64,000 bases of DNA from a virus: positions 3,309 to 67,308 of the IMG/VR virus record IMGVR_UViG_3300032046_000021; one strand, given 5' to 3'. The position numbers were made by a program, and so were the translations under genes. Under the pieces are notes generated by a model that saw nothing but the letters and a program-made list of their open reading frames with translations, did not search any database and had not been told where the DNA came from. Below are positions 1 through 7,908 of the stretch, one piece after another (within the stretch, counting starts at the first letter, position 1; the number at the start of each line of letters is the position of its first letter).

Positions 1-205
1 TGGAAGTTGTCAGTATTTCCAGTTTCACCCATTGATCTCCAGCTTTCTTATACTTTCTCTTTATCTGCGCCCACGCAGCCATACGGGCTTGGTTATCATC
101 GTGGGTCTTTGCGTAGACCGCGTTAAAGACTCTTATGCCCAAAGATTGTGCTCCTTTGGGCAGATTTTTGAGCCAGTTTGGCGGACTGTCTTTCGTATAG
201 GGCAT
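1..205 (-). CDS. ChaB-domain protein, partial (runs off the window; possibly the N-terminus of a prohead protease/scaffold)
   Basis: Not in the ORF track. Translation from ATG at 205 gives MPYTKDSPPNWLKNLPKGAQSLGIRVFNAVYAKTHDDNQARMAAWAQIKRKYKKAGDQWVK, matching the ChaB pattern (LP..AQ...FN...A...AW..+K+.Y.K.G..WV). It lies directly downstream of the portal gene. Confidence 0.75.
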   Translation of the reverse strand, partial: MPYTKDSPPNWLKNLPKGAQSLGIRVFNAVYAKTHDDNQARMAAWAQIKRKYKKAGDQWVKLEILTTS

Positions 206-209
206 TTAA

Positions 210-1649
210 TCACCTTTGAGTTGTTCTCTTTTTTTCAGACGGATAATCGGGCCATACTGTATTACGCGTCTTTTCAGTAGCAATAATAGTGTCCTCGATA
301 CTACTGGTGCCAGGAGCAGTGTTATCTACTGGCTCCATTTCATCAATTTCAGCTTTCTGGTCCTCACTTAATGAAGGCAATCCCCACTCTGCTCTTATTT
401 CCGTCCGAGTGAAACACCGAGACTGCCTCATTATTGCAACTTGACGCATAATCTCTGTTTTGTCCTTCTCCAATATCAACCTGAGCCTGATATTCAAGTT
501 ATTCAAAACTTCATCGTACCGTCTACCAAACTTCACCTGTATACTCTTTCTAAGTACCCCTTCTAGTTGTGTTTTGATGATATCTGCAACTGATAATGCC
601 TGCAAGATAGCAAACGAACCACTCATTAACGCACTCGCATACGAAGTGTTACGTGAGACTGGCGGTAATCCCATAGCATTGGAAATAGCGTCATTGATCT
701 GTGCGATTTTCTGGTTTGGTTGTTGGTAATTGGTAGACTTCGGTTCCACATATTCAATTTCAGTATTCTTATCCGTCACCATACCAACGTCTACTTGCCT
801 ACCTTGAATTCCCTGAGCATAAGTATCAGCCGCTGTTTGTGCAGCTGCTAACGCCTGTCTTTCACGTTCCTCTCTAGTGCCCTGATATTTCTCAGGCGAA
901 AACTGCGACAAATCAATCTTATGCCACTCCCTAGGTACATTTCTATGTGACCATAAGATGTCGTTAATCATGGTATTGACTTTCCACTCTAACGAAGAAA
1001 GTAGAGTTCGAGTCGGCGGTTTTGACCACACGCCATATGTCTTTCTACCCATAATGTCTACTAAGTACGTTGATTTAGCATTAAGTGAACATTTGACACA
1101 TGCAGTAGCATCATATATTTGTTGTTGTGAGGAGTCTTGTTCATTGGAAACATAGAAGTTGGGATTGAATATCTCGGCACTATAGTTTCCTATTTGGTCT
1201 TTTGTTTCGACGGCAGTTAACTGGAATCGAGGCAGAGTTTCGATTTTCGTCACTCCGTTAGCTACATCCCAAACCATGTGCTTAACGACATCACCATATT
1301 TCATGAGGTCGAATGCAGTGGAAAAGAATTCACCTTTGAAGTCTAGCTTGTACGCCATTCTCTTAGCTTCGTCCAGAAGTTCCACTTCATTATCATCCAA
1401 CTGCCTACCAGCCTCAATAGAGATGTCCGAAAACGCCTGTCTACTCATGTGTGCAATTCTGGATAGGTAACCGTATAAATCAGCATCAATGTCTATCATT
1501 GCATCGTATATTCGGTAGAAGTTCCCTTGCTTTGCTTCGGAAAAGAAAGAATATGGCCAGTTCAACGTCTGCACTATAGGTGGTTGCGATTGGGGAGTAG
1601 AGTCGCGAATTGCGCTTAGTTTGGCAGTTATCTTTTTCAGGAAACCCAT
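210..1649 (-). CDS. Portal protein
   Basis: 479 aa, directly downstream of TerL. It has a portal-like 'DLMKYGD' segment, 'ISNAMGLPP' and a C-terminal 'TRTEIRAEWGLP' (T.NE.R...GL.P). Confidence 0.8.
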   Translation of the reverse strand: MGFLKKITAKLSAIRDSTPQSQPPIVQTLNWPYSFFSEAKQGNFYRIYDAMIDIDADLYGYLSRIAHMSRQAFSDISIEAGRQLDDNEVELLDEAKRMAYKLDFKGEFFSTAFDLMKYGDVVKHMVWDVANGVTKIETLPRFQLTAVETKDQIGNYSAEIFNPNFYVSNEQDSSQQQIYDATACVKCSLNAKSTYLVDIMGRKTYGVWSKPPTRTLLSSLEWKVNTMINDILWSHRNVPREWHKIDLSQFSPEKYQGTREERERQALAAAQTAADTYAQGIQGRQVDVGMVTDKNTEIEYVEPKSTNYQQPNQKIAQINDAISNAMGLPPVSRNTSYASALMSGSFAILQALSVADIIKTQLEGVLRKSIQVKFGRRYDEVLNNLNIRLRLILEKDKTEIMRQVAIMRQSRCFTRTEIRAEWGLPSLSEDQKAEIDEMEPVDNTAPGTSSIEDTIIATEKTRNTVWPDYPSEKKRTTQR

Positions 1650-1650
1650 T

Positions 1651-3207
1651 TTACATTCCTCTTATTGTTGGTGCTAAAATTTTCCGATAATACATGGGAT
1701 GAAAAGGAATAGGCTCAACTGGTTTGCCTTTAAGTTCCCATACCAACTGTGCTAGTGCATCAGCGAGATCTTTAGCTCCTTTCCTAGGATGATCCACCTT
1801 TTGGCCCCTGTAAATTTCCAAATTCGTCAACTCATCCTTTAGTGCTTCGTGCTCATAACAGTCAACTTCATGGAGCCGCCAGGCCTCCTTAAGGCGTTCG
1901 TGTTGTTGGAGTTTTACGACGTTGAATTCCACTTGAACTCCTGATTCTCGTATTTCAGCAATCGTTTCTGGGTAGTCCCAACGGTCCACAATGAACTTGC
2001 TGATGTCGAAGCGTTTCTTTAAGGTTCCGATGAAGTACTTGACTTCCGTAGGATCAACTTCAAGTTTTGGAGCGATCTTATGTAGCAGGTCTATGAATAT
2101 GCGGCCATCTTCAGTCAAATGACCTAACGCCAGACCAAAAGACTCAAATTTGGATGCCGGATCGCCTGTTAACACATAATCAAAACTTCTACTGCCCATC
2201 AACCAGTCCGCTATCTCGCCGTCTACTAGTACTGGATTCATTCTTTTCTTATTGAACTCGATTATCGAAACATCTGTATAATACTTTTCGATAGCACGGG
2301 AAGGTTGAGCCCCGTAATCTCGCCAAGCTGCGTCAGGATCCTGTGCAAAGTCGTCCTGCAGCATTGCTTCAGTGATGTTAGGATTCATGTCCCAAGTCGC
2401 GTATTTGTATCCAAGCATAGTTTCGATACGTTTGGATTGTTCGTAAAGTTGATCTATGATGTCGCCTGAGTAGAGTGTTGAGGAAATAGCGACTCGTCTA
2501 GCTTTCAGCGCGGGTACCTTCTTGGTACCACGACCAAGACCATGAAACACCGCCCAACCACTACGTCCACCTTTAGTATCCTGAAATCTACCTAACTCAT
2601 CAAATAATGCAGCTTTAACTGCCCTTCCAACCAATGAGGCACTATTTGACCCACCACACTTTATCGTTACGTGCTTTTGTGGGAAACTGAACTCATTATA
2701 TCTTTCATCTGGATGTAACCATTGGAAGTATGGCGAGTTCTCTATCTTCCCTTTCTCTTGCGCGTATATGGTGTCGTGAGCTTGGTCATCGGAAGTAGCT
2801 ACGTTAAGGACGAAAAATTCCGTACCCGAACCCGCACCGTAAAAGTGTACAGGGTCGTCAAGTGACAAGAGTTCGAATGCCTGCTGGAGTCCGATGCAGG
2901 AAGTGAGGAATGTTTTGCCTGAATTCATTCCAGCTTCTATTATCAAATCGTTATACTGTTGGACGTGAGCTTTAGTGAACTCTTCCATCTTATCGGTACG
3001 TAAAGCATCCTCACGTAACCCTATCCATTCATCAATTGACATAGCCTTTGGGACTCCCCAGATAAATCGTCTGATAACGTCTTTTTCCAAAGGCCACATC
3101 TCCTGTCCCAAAAAGTATGGGTCCTCGCAGAAAAATATAGGATCAAACCTAGCCTGCAGCATCTTATGCATTTGCTCTTCGGGAGCTAGGTCTTCCCAGT
3201 TTTTCAT
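1651..3207 (-). CDS. terL: Terminase large subunit
   Basis: Walker A AGMNSGKT, Walker B ALFDEL, RNase H-like nuclease motifs TGDPA and KVDHP...KDLADALA. Confidence 0.93.
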   Translation of the reverse strand: MKNWEDLAPEEQMHKMLQARFDPIFFCEDPYFLGQEMWPLEKDVIRRFIWGVPKAMSIDEWIGLREDALRTDKMEEFTKAHVQQYNDLIIEAGMNSGKTFLTSCIGLQQAFELLSLDDPVHFYGAGSGTEFFVLNVATSDDQAHDTIYAQEKGKIENSPYFQWLHPDERYNEFSFPQKHVTIKCGGSNSASLVGRAVKAALFDELGRFQDTKGGRSGWAVFHGLGRGTKKVPALKARRVAISSTLYSGDIIDQLYEQSKRIETMLGYKYATWDMNPNITEAMLQDDFAQDPDAAWRDYGAQPSRAIEKYYTDVSIIEFNKKRMNPVLVDGEIADWLMGSRSFDYVLTGDPASKFESFGLALGHLTEDGRIFIDLLHKIAPKLEVDPTEVKYFIGTLKKRFDISKFIVDRWDYPETIAEIRESGVQVEFNVVKLQQHERLKEAWRLHEVDCYEHEALKDELTNLEIYRGQKVDHPRKGAKDLADALAQLVWELKGKPVEPIPFHPMYYRKILAPTIRGM

Positions 3208-3764
3208 TCAGTAACTATCTCCTGCATTTCCACAATTTTAGTTTCCTGCAACTCCCCCAACTTTGCCATTAATCGTGACTGGCAGTGGGGACACAAGACT
3301 CCGTTAACTAACTCAACTAACTTTGTGTATCTTATGTTGAGTTGATTTATTTGAATTGTAGGTGAATTCGTAAGTGAACCTTCGAGTCTACATAGGAACT
3401 CGGCAGTTTGTCGGGCCTCCGACGCTATTGCCCTGATTCTTCCCTCAACAGCCTCTTCTATTGGGAACTCTAGGAGGGCCTCACAGCGAGTTAATAACTT
3501 ACCAAAAATATCCTTCATGCGCCCAACTTGCGTAGAGACGTCTACTACTACTTTCTCAACAGCCGGCGAAACCCTTTCTGCAAGTGGTCGCTGGACATCA
3601 CGTGTAAAATGAATGGAATAGTACGCACTTGAACACTCCAGGCGCTTTGCGGCTTCCTCCTGAGTTATCTTTTTCGCGAAGAACAATAGGTCAACCTCCC
3701 TAACGTTGGGGTGAGCACAACATTTACAGGAATGTCTCTGTAAGCGATAGGTGAGGGGTTCCAT
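3204..3764 (-). CDS. Probable terminase small subunit (Cys/His-rich N-terminus, HTH, coiled coil, C-terminal CPHC)
   Basis: Sits upstream of and overlaps terL. CKCCAHP motif, HTH-like 'TQEEAAKRLECS', oligomerisation helix 'RLEGSL'. Confidence 0.65.
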   Translation of the reverse strand: MEPLTYRLQRHSCKCCAHPNVREVDLLFFAKKITQEEAAKRLECSSAYYSIHFTRDVQRPLAERVSPAVEKVVVDVSTQVGRMKDIFGKLLTRCEALLEFPIEEAVEGRIRAIASEARQTAEFLCRLEGSLTNSPTIQINQLNIRYTKLVELVNGVLCPHCQSRLMAKLGELQETKIVEMQEIVTE

Positions 3765-3933
3765 ATTTCATTAATGTGGGTGGTAAACTATTTAAAATGT
3801 GTTGTTTATATGTTTATTGTAGGAGTTCCCATTCCGCTGTTTTTCCGAGCGGGAAACGGTTAAACGGTTTTACTACCAAGGAAAAAGCCCACTACGTCTA
3901 GTTTATTTATTTATTTAATATAAACGCCTAAAC

Positions 3934-3950
3934 CAAAGAGTTTATATATG
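3934..3950 (+). promoter_or_regulatory. Archaeal BRE/TATA promoter, leaderless transcript
   Basis: CAAAGAG-TTTATATA (TATA 3941-3948) lies about 25 nt upstream of ATG 3974; no SD is present. Confidence 0.7.
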
Positions 3951-3973
3951 CACCTCCCCCATATATACAACTA

Positions 3974-4417
3974 ATGGTGACAACCATGAAAATGATAGGA
4001 GCGTTAGTAACAGAAGAACAACACAAACGATTAAAGCAATGGTGTGGGAGCAATTGTACAACCATCACGAGAGTATTGCAAGATTGTGTGGTAGAATTGT
4101 TGAACTCAGTCGACAGCCTGCCACAGTCTAAGTTGCCAATTAATGCACAGAAAGTTGTAGATGCAGTGTTGCTTGAAAACCAATCGATGCCTACTGGCAA
4201 TCCTAACACCCAAACCACTAAAGAAAACTTCACAGCCAAAAACATTGAAATTCGAGGAATACAATACAAATCCCCCACTCCCTGCCAGATTACCAAAGAT
4301 GCAATAATAGTACCTGAAGACACCTCCGATGACGATATGATGTTATTAGGGGGACTAGGATTAGCTGTTGAATTAAAGACAGGTTGGAAGACTGTTACGC
4401 CACTTACTGTGGTTTAA
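3974..4417 (+). CDS. Ribbon-helix-helix-like DNA-binding protein, paralog of 32936..33316
   Basis: N-terminus 'MIGALVTEEQHKRLKQWC...TITRVLQDCV' is RHH-like. C-terminus IIVPEDTSDDDMMLLG...WKTVTPL matches ITVPNDTAEEDIELIG...WRTDVPL of the paralog. Confidence 0.7.
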   Translation: MVTTMKMIGALVTEEQHKRLKQWCGSNCTTITRVLQDCVVELLNSVDSLPQSKLPINAQKVVDAVLLENQSMPTGNPNTQTTKENFTAKNIEIRGIQYKSPTPCQITKDAIIVPEDTSDDDMMLLGGLGLAVELKTGWKTVTPLTVV

Positions 4418-4547
4418 AATAAATAAATAAATAAATAAACTACTATCTCTTTTTTTAATGTAGTATAACCGTGGAACCGTTTCACAATGGGTGCCATCTA
4501 GCGTTCCCAAAAAAACACTTACAGTCCAAACCGTAAACACTTGAAAC

Positions 4548-4574
4548 TTTACTCTGGGAATTCCGCAGAGTAAA
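4548..4574. repeat. Near-perfect 27-bp palindrome
   Basis: TTTACTCTG-GGAATTCC-G-CAGAGTAAA. Confidence 0.8.
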
Positions 4575-4610
4575 TTCTCGTAGAGATGACATATTCCGTC
4601 ATTTTTATAT

Positions 4611-4770
4611 ATTAAATATTAAGATTCCTTACTTAAGTATTACGACTTAAGATTACGGAGTTTATATTAAGTATTACGACTTATGACGTAAGACTTGAGT
4701 ATTAAGATAAAGGACTGTATATTAAATATTAAGACTTAAGTATTGTTAATTAAGTCTTAAGATTACGGAA
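4611..4770. repeat. Degenerate heptamer array A (TAAGACT/TAAGTCT/TACGACT/TAAGTAT units)
   Basis: e.g. TAAGTAT-TACGACT-TAAGAT, TAAGACT-TAAGTAT, TAAGTCT-TAAGAT. Confidence 0.8.
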
Positions 4771-4920
4771 GTAATATTGTATAGTAAGTAATAGGAGTTA
4801 GGAAAGTATATAAATAAATTAATATTGAATAGTAAGTATTAAGATATAAAAGTTTAAATGGAAATGTAAATTTTAATATTATAAAAAGTTTAAAATTAAG
4901 GAAAGTTTAAATGTAAATGT

Positions 4921-4940
4921 AGAAAAGATTTATATATAAG
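4921..4940 (+). promoter_or_regulatory. BRE/TATA promoter of the C-free operon
   Basis: AGAAAAGA-TTTATATA (TATA 4929-4936); SD-like GGAAAGTGA before ATG 4976. Confidence 0.75.
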
Positions 4941-4975
4941 TTTGTATATTATATAATTAAGGAAAGTGAAAAAAA

Positions 4976-5212
4976 ATGAAAATAAGTGAAAAAGTTTGGG
5001 AAAGTGGAAAAAGTTTGAATGGAAATGAGAAAAAGGAAAAAATATTGGAGGTTTTGGTAAAGGAAGGAATATGTGATATTGAGGAGATAAGGAAAGTAGG
5101 AAAAGAAAAGTGGATATGGGGAAGTTTGAAAAGTTTGGAAGAAGAAGGATTAGTGGAAAGTAGAAAAGTAGGAAAGAAGAAGTTTTATAGGATAAAGGGG
5201 GTGGAAAATTGA
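4976..5212 (+). CDS. Small winged-helix DNA-binding protein (C-free gene 1)
   Basis: Aligns with 6141..6386 and 7909..8151 (WESG...E.ILE.L...EI.K..G.KWI.G.LK.L.E.G.VE.RK.GKK..YRI). Confidence 0.85.
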   Translation: MKISEKVWESGKSLNGNEKKEKILEVLVKEGICDIEEIRKVGKEKWIWGSLKSLEEEGLVESRKVGKKKFYRIKGVEN

Positions 5213-5532
5213 AATTTGAGAATTGGAGTGATAAGAGAATAAAAGAGGAAAATAGGAAAAGAGAAGGAATAAAGGAGGGTATGAAAATGAAAAGTTGGAA
5301 AGAAGTAAAAGAAGAATGTAAGGAAAATGGAGTAGATATGAATAGGTTGAATTGGGTAGATAAAAGAAAAGGAGGAAGAAGAAGGAAAGTTGTAGGAATA
5401 GGAGGAAGTGAGAAAGAAAAAGAGATAATGGAAAGAAATGGATTTAGGAAATATAAAAGTGTGGAAGTAGGAATGAGTAGAGGATATGGATATTGGTGTT
5501 GGGTAAGGTTTGAAAAGGAGGTGGAAAAATGA
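5209..5532 (+). CDS. Hypothetical basic protein (C-free gene 2)
   Basis: TTG start overlaps the previous stop, with SD GGGGGTGG (an alternative ATG lies at 5281). No A/P/T/H/Q residues. Confidence 0.7.
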   Translation: MKFENWSDKRIKEENRKREGIKEGMKMKSWKEVKEECKENGVDMNRLNWVDKRKGGRRRKVVGIGGSEKEKEIMERNGFRKYKSVEVGMSRGYGYWCWVRFEKEVEK

Positions 5533-5732
5533 GTTATAAAAGTTGGGGAGGAAGAAAAATAGTTAGGAGAAAAGATGTGAAAGGAAAATGTGGAGTTTGT
5601 GGAAAAGAGGAAGTGGAAATGATAGAATTGGAAAGGAAAGAAGGAGAAAGTGAGGAAATAGGATTAGTGATGGAAGTTTGTAAGAGTTGTAAGTATGTAA
5701 TAGATTGGGGATTAGGAAAAGAGGATTGGTAG
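5529..5732 (+). CDS. Small Zn-finger protein (C-free gene 3)
   Basis: SD GGAGGTGG, ATGA overlap with the previous gene, CGVC...CKSC. Confidence 0.8.
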   Translation: MSYKSWGGRKIVRRKDVKGKCGVCGKEEVEMIELERKEGESEEIGLVMEVCKSCKYVIDWGLGKEDW

Positions 5733-5752
5733 AAGGATATTAAGTAAGAAAG

Positions 5753-5762
5753 TTTTTTTTTT
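5753..5762 (+). terminator. Oligo-T archaeal terminator
   Basis: T10 run about 20 nt after the stop of the last C-free gene. Confidence 0.7.
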
Positions 5763-5786
5763 GTAAGTTTGGATTTTGGAAATTTA

Positions 5787-6005
5787 GTATCGTAAATCGT
5801 ACGACTTAAGTCTTACTTCTTAATACTTCATACAACTCACCTCACCCTCCCCAAATCTTAAGACTTAAGACTTCAGAAAGTGTCGTAAGTCTTAAGACTC
5901 AAGTCTTAATATACATCTTTCCAAAGTTCCTCTCTGTTTCCATTATAACGGAAAGTTCCAATAATATATAAATACTTTCCCTTGGTATCGTAAGTCTTAC
6001 GACAC
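5787..6005. repeat. Degenerate heptamer array B
   Basis: TACGACT-TAAGTCT-TAC, TAAGACT-TAAGACT, TAAGTCT-TAAGACT-CAAGTCT-TAATAT, TCGTAAGTCTTACGA. Confidence 0.8.
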
Positions 6006-6077
6006 GGAAGTTTACACTTTTATATAAACTTTTAAATGTTTAGGAGTAAGGAAAGTTAAAAAGTTTACACTTTTATG

Positions 6078-6094
6078 TTGACAAAATTTATATA
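6078..6094 (+). promoter_or_regulatory. BRE/TATA promoter
   Basis: TTGACAAAATTTATATA. The same GACAA..TTTATATA pattern occurs at 7047-7061 and 16924-16943. Confidence 0.75.
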
Positions 6095-6140
6095 CTAGAA
6101 AGTATATATTATAAGTGGAAATAAAAGGAGGTGAAAAGGA

Positions 6141-6386
6141 ATGCAAATAAATGCGGAAGAATGGGAAGCGGGAACTGCAGTTTCGGCAAGCGAAAATAAG
6201 GAAGCAATTCTGAAAGCGTTTGCAAAAGTGAAGGGCAAAGGAATGGATATGAAGGAAATTGGAAAGCTAAGCGGACTAAAGTGGCCATATGGAGCAGTAA
6301 AGGCTTTAGTGGAAGATGGAAAGCTGGAACGCAAGCAGTTCGGAAAGAAGTTTGGGTATAGGATGGTAGAAGTTAAGGAGGAATAA
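6141..6386 (+). CDS. Small winged-helix DNA-binding protein
   Basis: SD GGAGGTGA; wHTH pattern ending LVEDGKLERKQFGKKFGYR. Confidence 0.85.
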   Translation: MQINAEEWEAGTAVSASENKEAILKAFAKVKGKGMDMKEIGKLSGLKWPYGAVKALVEDGKLERKQFGKKFGYRMVEVKEE

Positions 6387-6520
6387 ACCTCCTAACTTTC
6401 CATCCTCCAAACTCCAACCTTTGTTTGAAATCCAACCGTGCAAAGTCGGAATTGTAGAACTTTGGCGGCGATGGGGTGAGCCCAACCATATGGCTGCCGG
6501 TAGTGTGGGAACCCGGGGCA

Positions 6521-6600
6521 TGTCGTAAATCCTAAGACTCAAGTCTTACTACTTAAGTCTTAATGTACTCATCTGAACTCCTAAGACTCAAGTAACATAC
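6521..6600. repeat. Degenerate heptamer array C
   Basis: CCTAAGACTCAAGT occurs twice, plus TAAGTCTTAAT. Confidence 0.75.
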
Positions 6601-7100
6601 TTTACGATTACAATTTGCGTACGATCTAGACTCCGTATGACGGGCTTCCGAAAACGTTTCCAACATAAAAACGGTGATACTACTATATGTTTTTTTATGA
6701 GCCGTTTTAACGGTTAACCGTTTCTGGTATCTTAAGATACAATATACTACGCTGTCCACTTCTTACTCCGGGAGTTCGGGACTTAGTCTTTCCACCATTT
6801 CCCTAAGTTCCCATATATAAATAAAGTTTACCTGAGAATGTAAACGTCACTTAGTGAACTAGACATATTATCCTGATGTGGAAATATAATGGGGTTTACA
6901 GCATTAAGTAAACTTCCTTATGTGGCTGAGGCGCATCTTCTTACTTTTAATATGGAGGTTTAATTGAATATGTAAATTTACATTTTTATGTAAACTTTTA
7001 ATATAGTCATATTTTGGACATCAGTGGAAGTTTACAGCAACGTGTAGACAAATTTTATATATTTGAAAAATAATTTTGTTATGTACTTAAGGGACTCAAA

Positions 7101-7862
7101 ATGGAAATAAAAAATAAGCTTCCAGAAACGGAAAAGCAACTTCCGGACCATTTGAGAATTCTAGAACTAAAGGATTGCGTATTCACGTACGATGAAGTAA
7201 CTTCTAGGGGTTTGCAAAATGCATTCCAACTTTATTGTGGACAGAGGTTGATAGTGGAGTACAGCAAGGTAATTAGACAAAGGGTTAAGGTTAGGGGCGT
7301 CGGAATTGCTAAGTTCAAGCAGAAGTATAATGTTCCAAAAGGTACTGCACTTTATACTTTTGTTCGGGACCACGAGACAAAGGAGTATAAGGAATTGGAA
7401 AGGCTTTGGGCTAAGAGGATAGAGTGGATACAAATGGTCGACCGTGTGAATTGTGATAGAGTAGATAGAGTTGTGGAAGATTCACAAAGGGCAACTGAGA
7501 GACACAAAACAAAGAGTATCGATAAGCAGATAGTGGAGGAGGTTGAGTGGTTGAAGGGAACCAAAACGGCACCAAAGTTCAAAGGGCCATTTGTATGCAA
7601 GGAATGCGGAGGTACAACCTATAGAGTTAATAAAGGACAACAGGCATGTACTAGTTGTGGAGTTGGCTTTAATACACAAAGTGCAGGCCCCGGTCCAAGA
7701 GTCATAAAGAGACCAAAAAGGAAACTCAAAAGAGTGGAGTACATTAATGGAGACGTGAAGGTATTAAGTAAGGAGGGACAATTAGTGAAGCCTTTGGAGA
7801 GGAATGGCGTGATGGAAGTTTATGGTCACGAAGGGTGGATGAGTGGCAAGGGAGTAATGTAG
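7101..7862 (+). CDS. Early protein with a TFIIB-type Zn ribbon
   Basis: CKECGGTTYRVNKGQQACTSCG; own TATA box at 7054-7061. Confidence 0.65.
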   Translation: MEIKNKLPETEKQLPDHLRILELKDCVFTYDEVTSRGLQNAFQLYCGQRLIVEYSKVIRQRVKVRGVGIAKFKQKYNVPKGTALYTFVRDHETKEYKELERLWAKRIEWIQMVDRVNCDRVDRVVEDSQRATERHKTKSIDKQIVEEVEWLKGTKTAPKFKGPFVCKECGGTTYRVNKGQQACTSCGVGFNTQSAGPGPRVIKRPKRKLKRVEYINGDVKVLSKEGQLVKPLERNGVMEVYGHEGWMSGKGVM

Positions 7863-7908
7863 TCAGAGTCACTCAGTTATGAAGTGACAGGCGAGGAGGT
7901 GAAAATGA

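Larger units (their letters stand above)
3853..4483. repeat. Imperfect ~60-bp inverted repeats (3853-3916 and 4425-4483) flanking the RHH gene
   Basis: Left arm: GAAACGGTTAAACGGTTTTACTAC...TAGTTTATTTATTTATTT. Reverse complement of right arm: GAAACGGTTCCACGGTTATACTAC...TAGTTTATTTATTTATTT. The blocks match 21/24 and 18/18. Confidence 0.85.
4767..5790 (+). other. Cytosine-free (+ strand) / guanine-free (template strand) 1024-nt transcription unit
   Basis: Read line by line: the last C is at 4766 and the next C is at 5791. Confidence 0.97.

Noticed and set aside
4767-5790. C-free block as a bisulfite-like or C-to-T artefact, or as low-complexity junk
   Set aside because: The block is A/G-rich rather than T-rich. 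Its ORFs are coupled, with SDs and intact wHTH and CxxC motifs. Ala positions of the paralog are Ser(AGT) or Lys rather than systematically Val. Raw-read confirmation is still advisable.
4611-6600. CRISPR array or mini-array
   Set aside because: The repeats are degenerate 7-mers without constant 25-40-nt repeats separated by unique spacers. The Cas4-like gene is a stand-alone viral nuclease.
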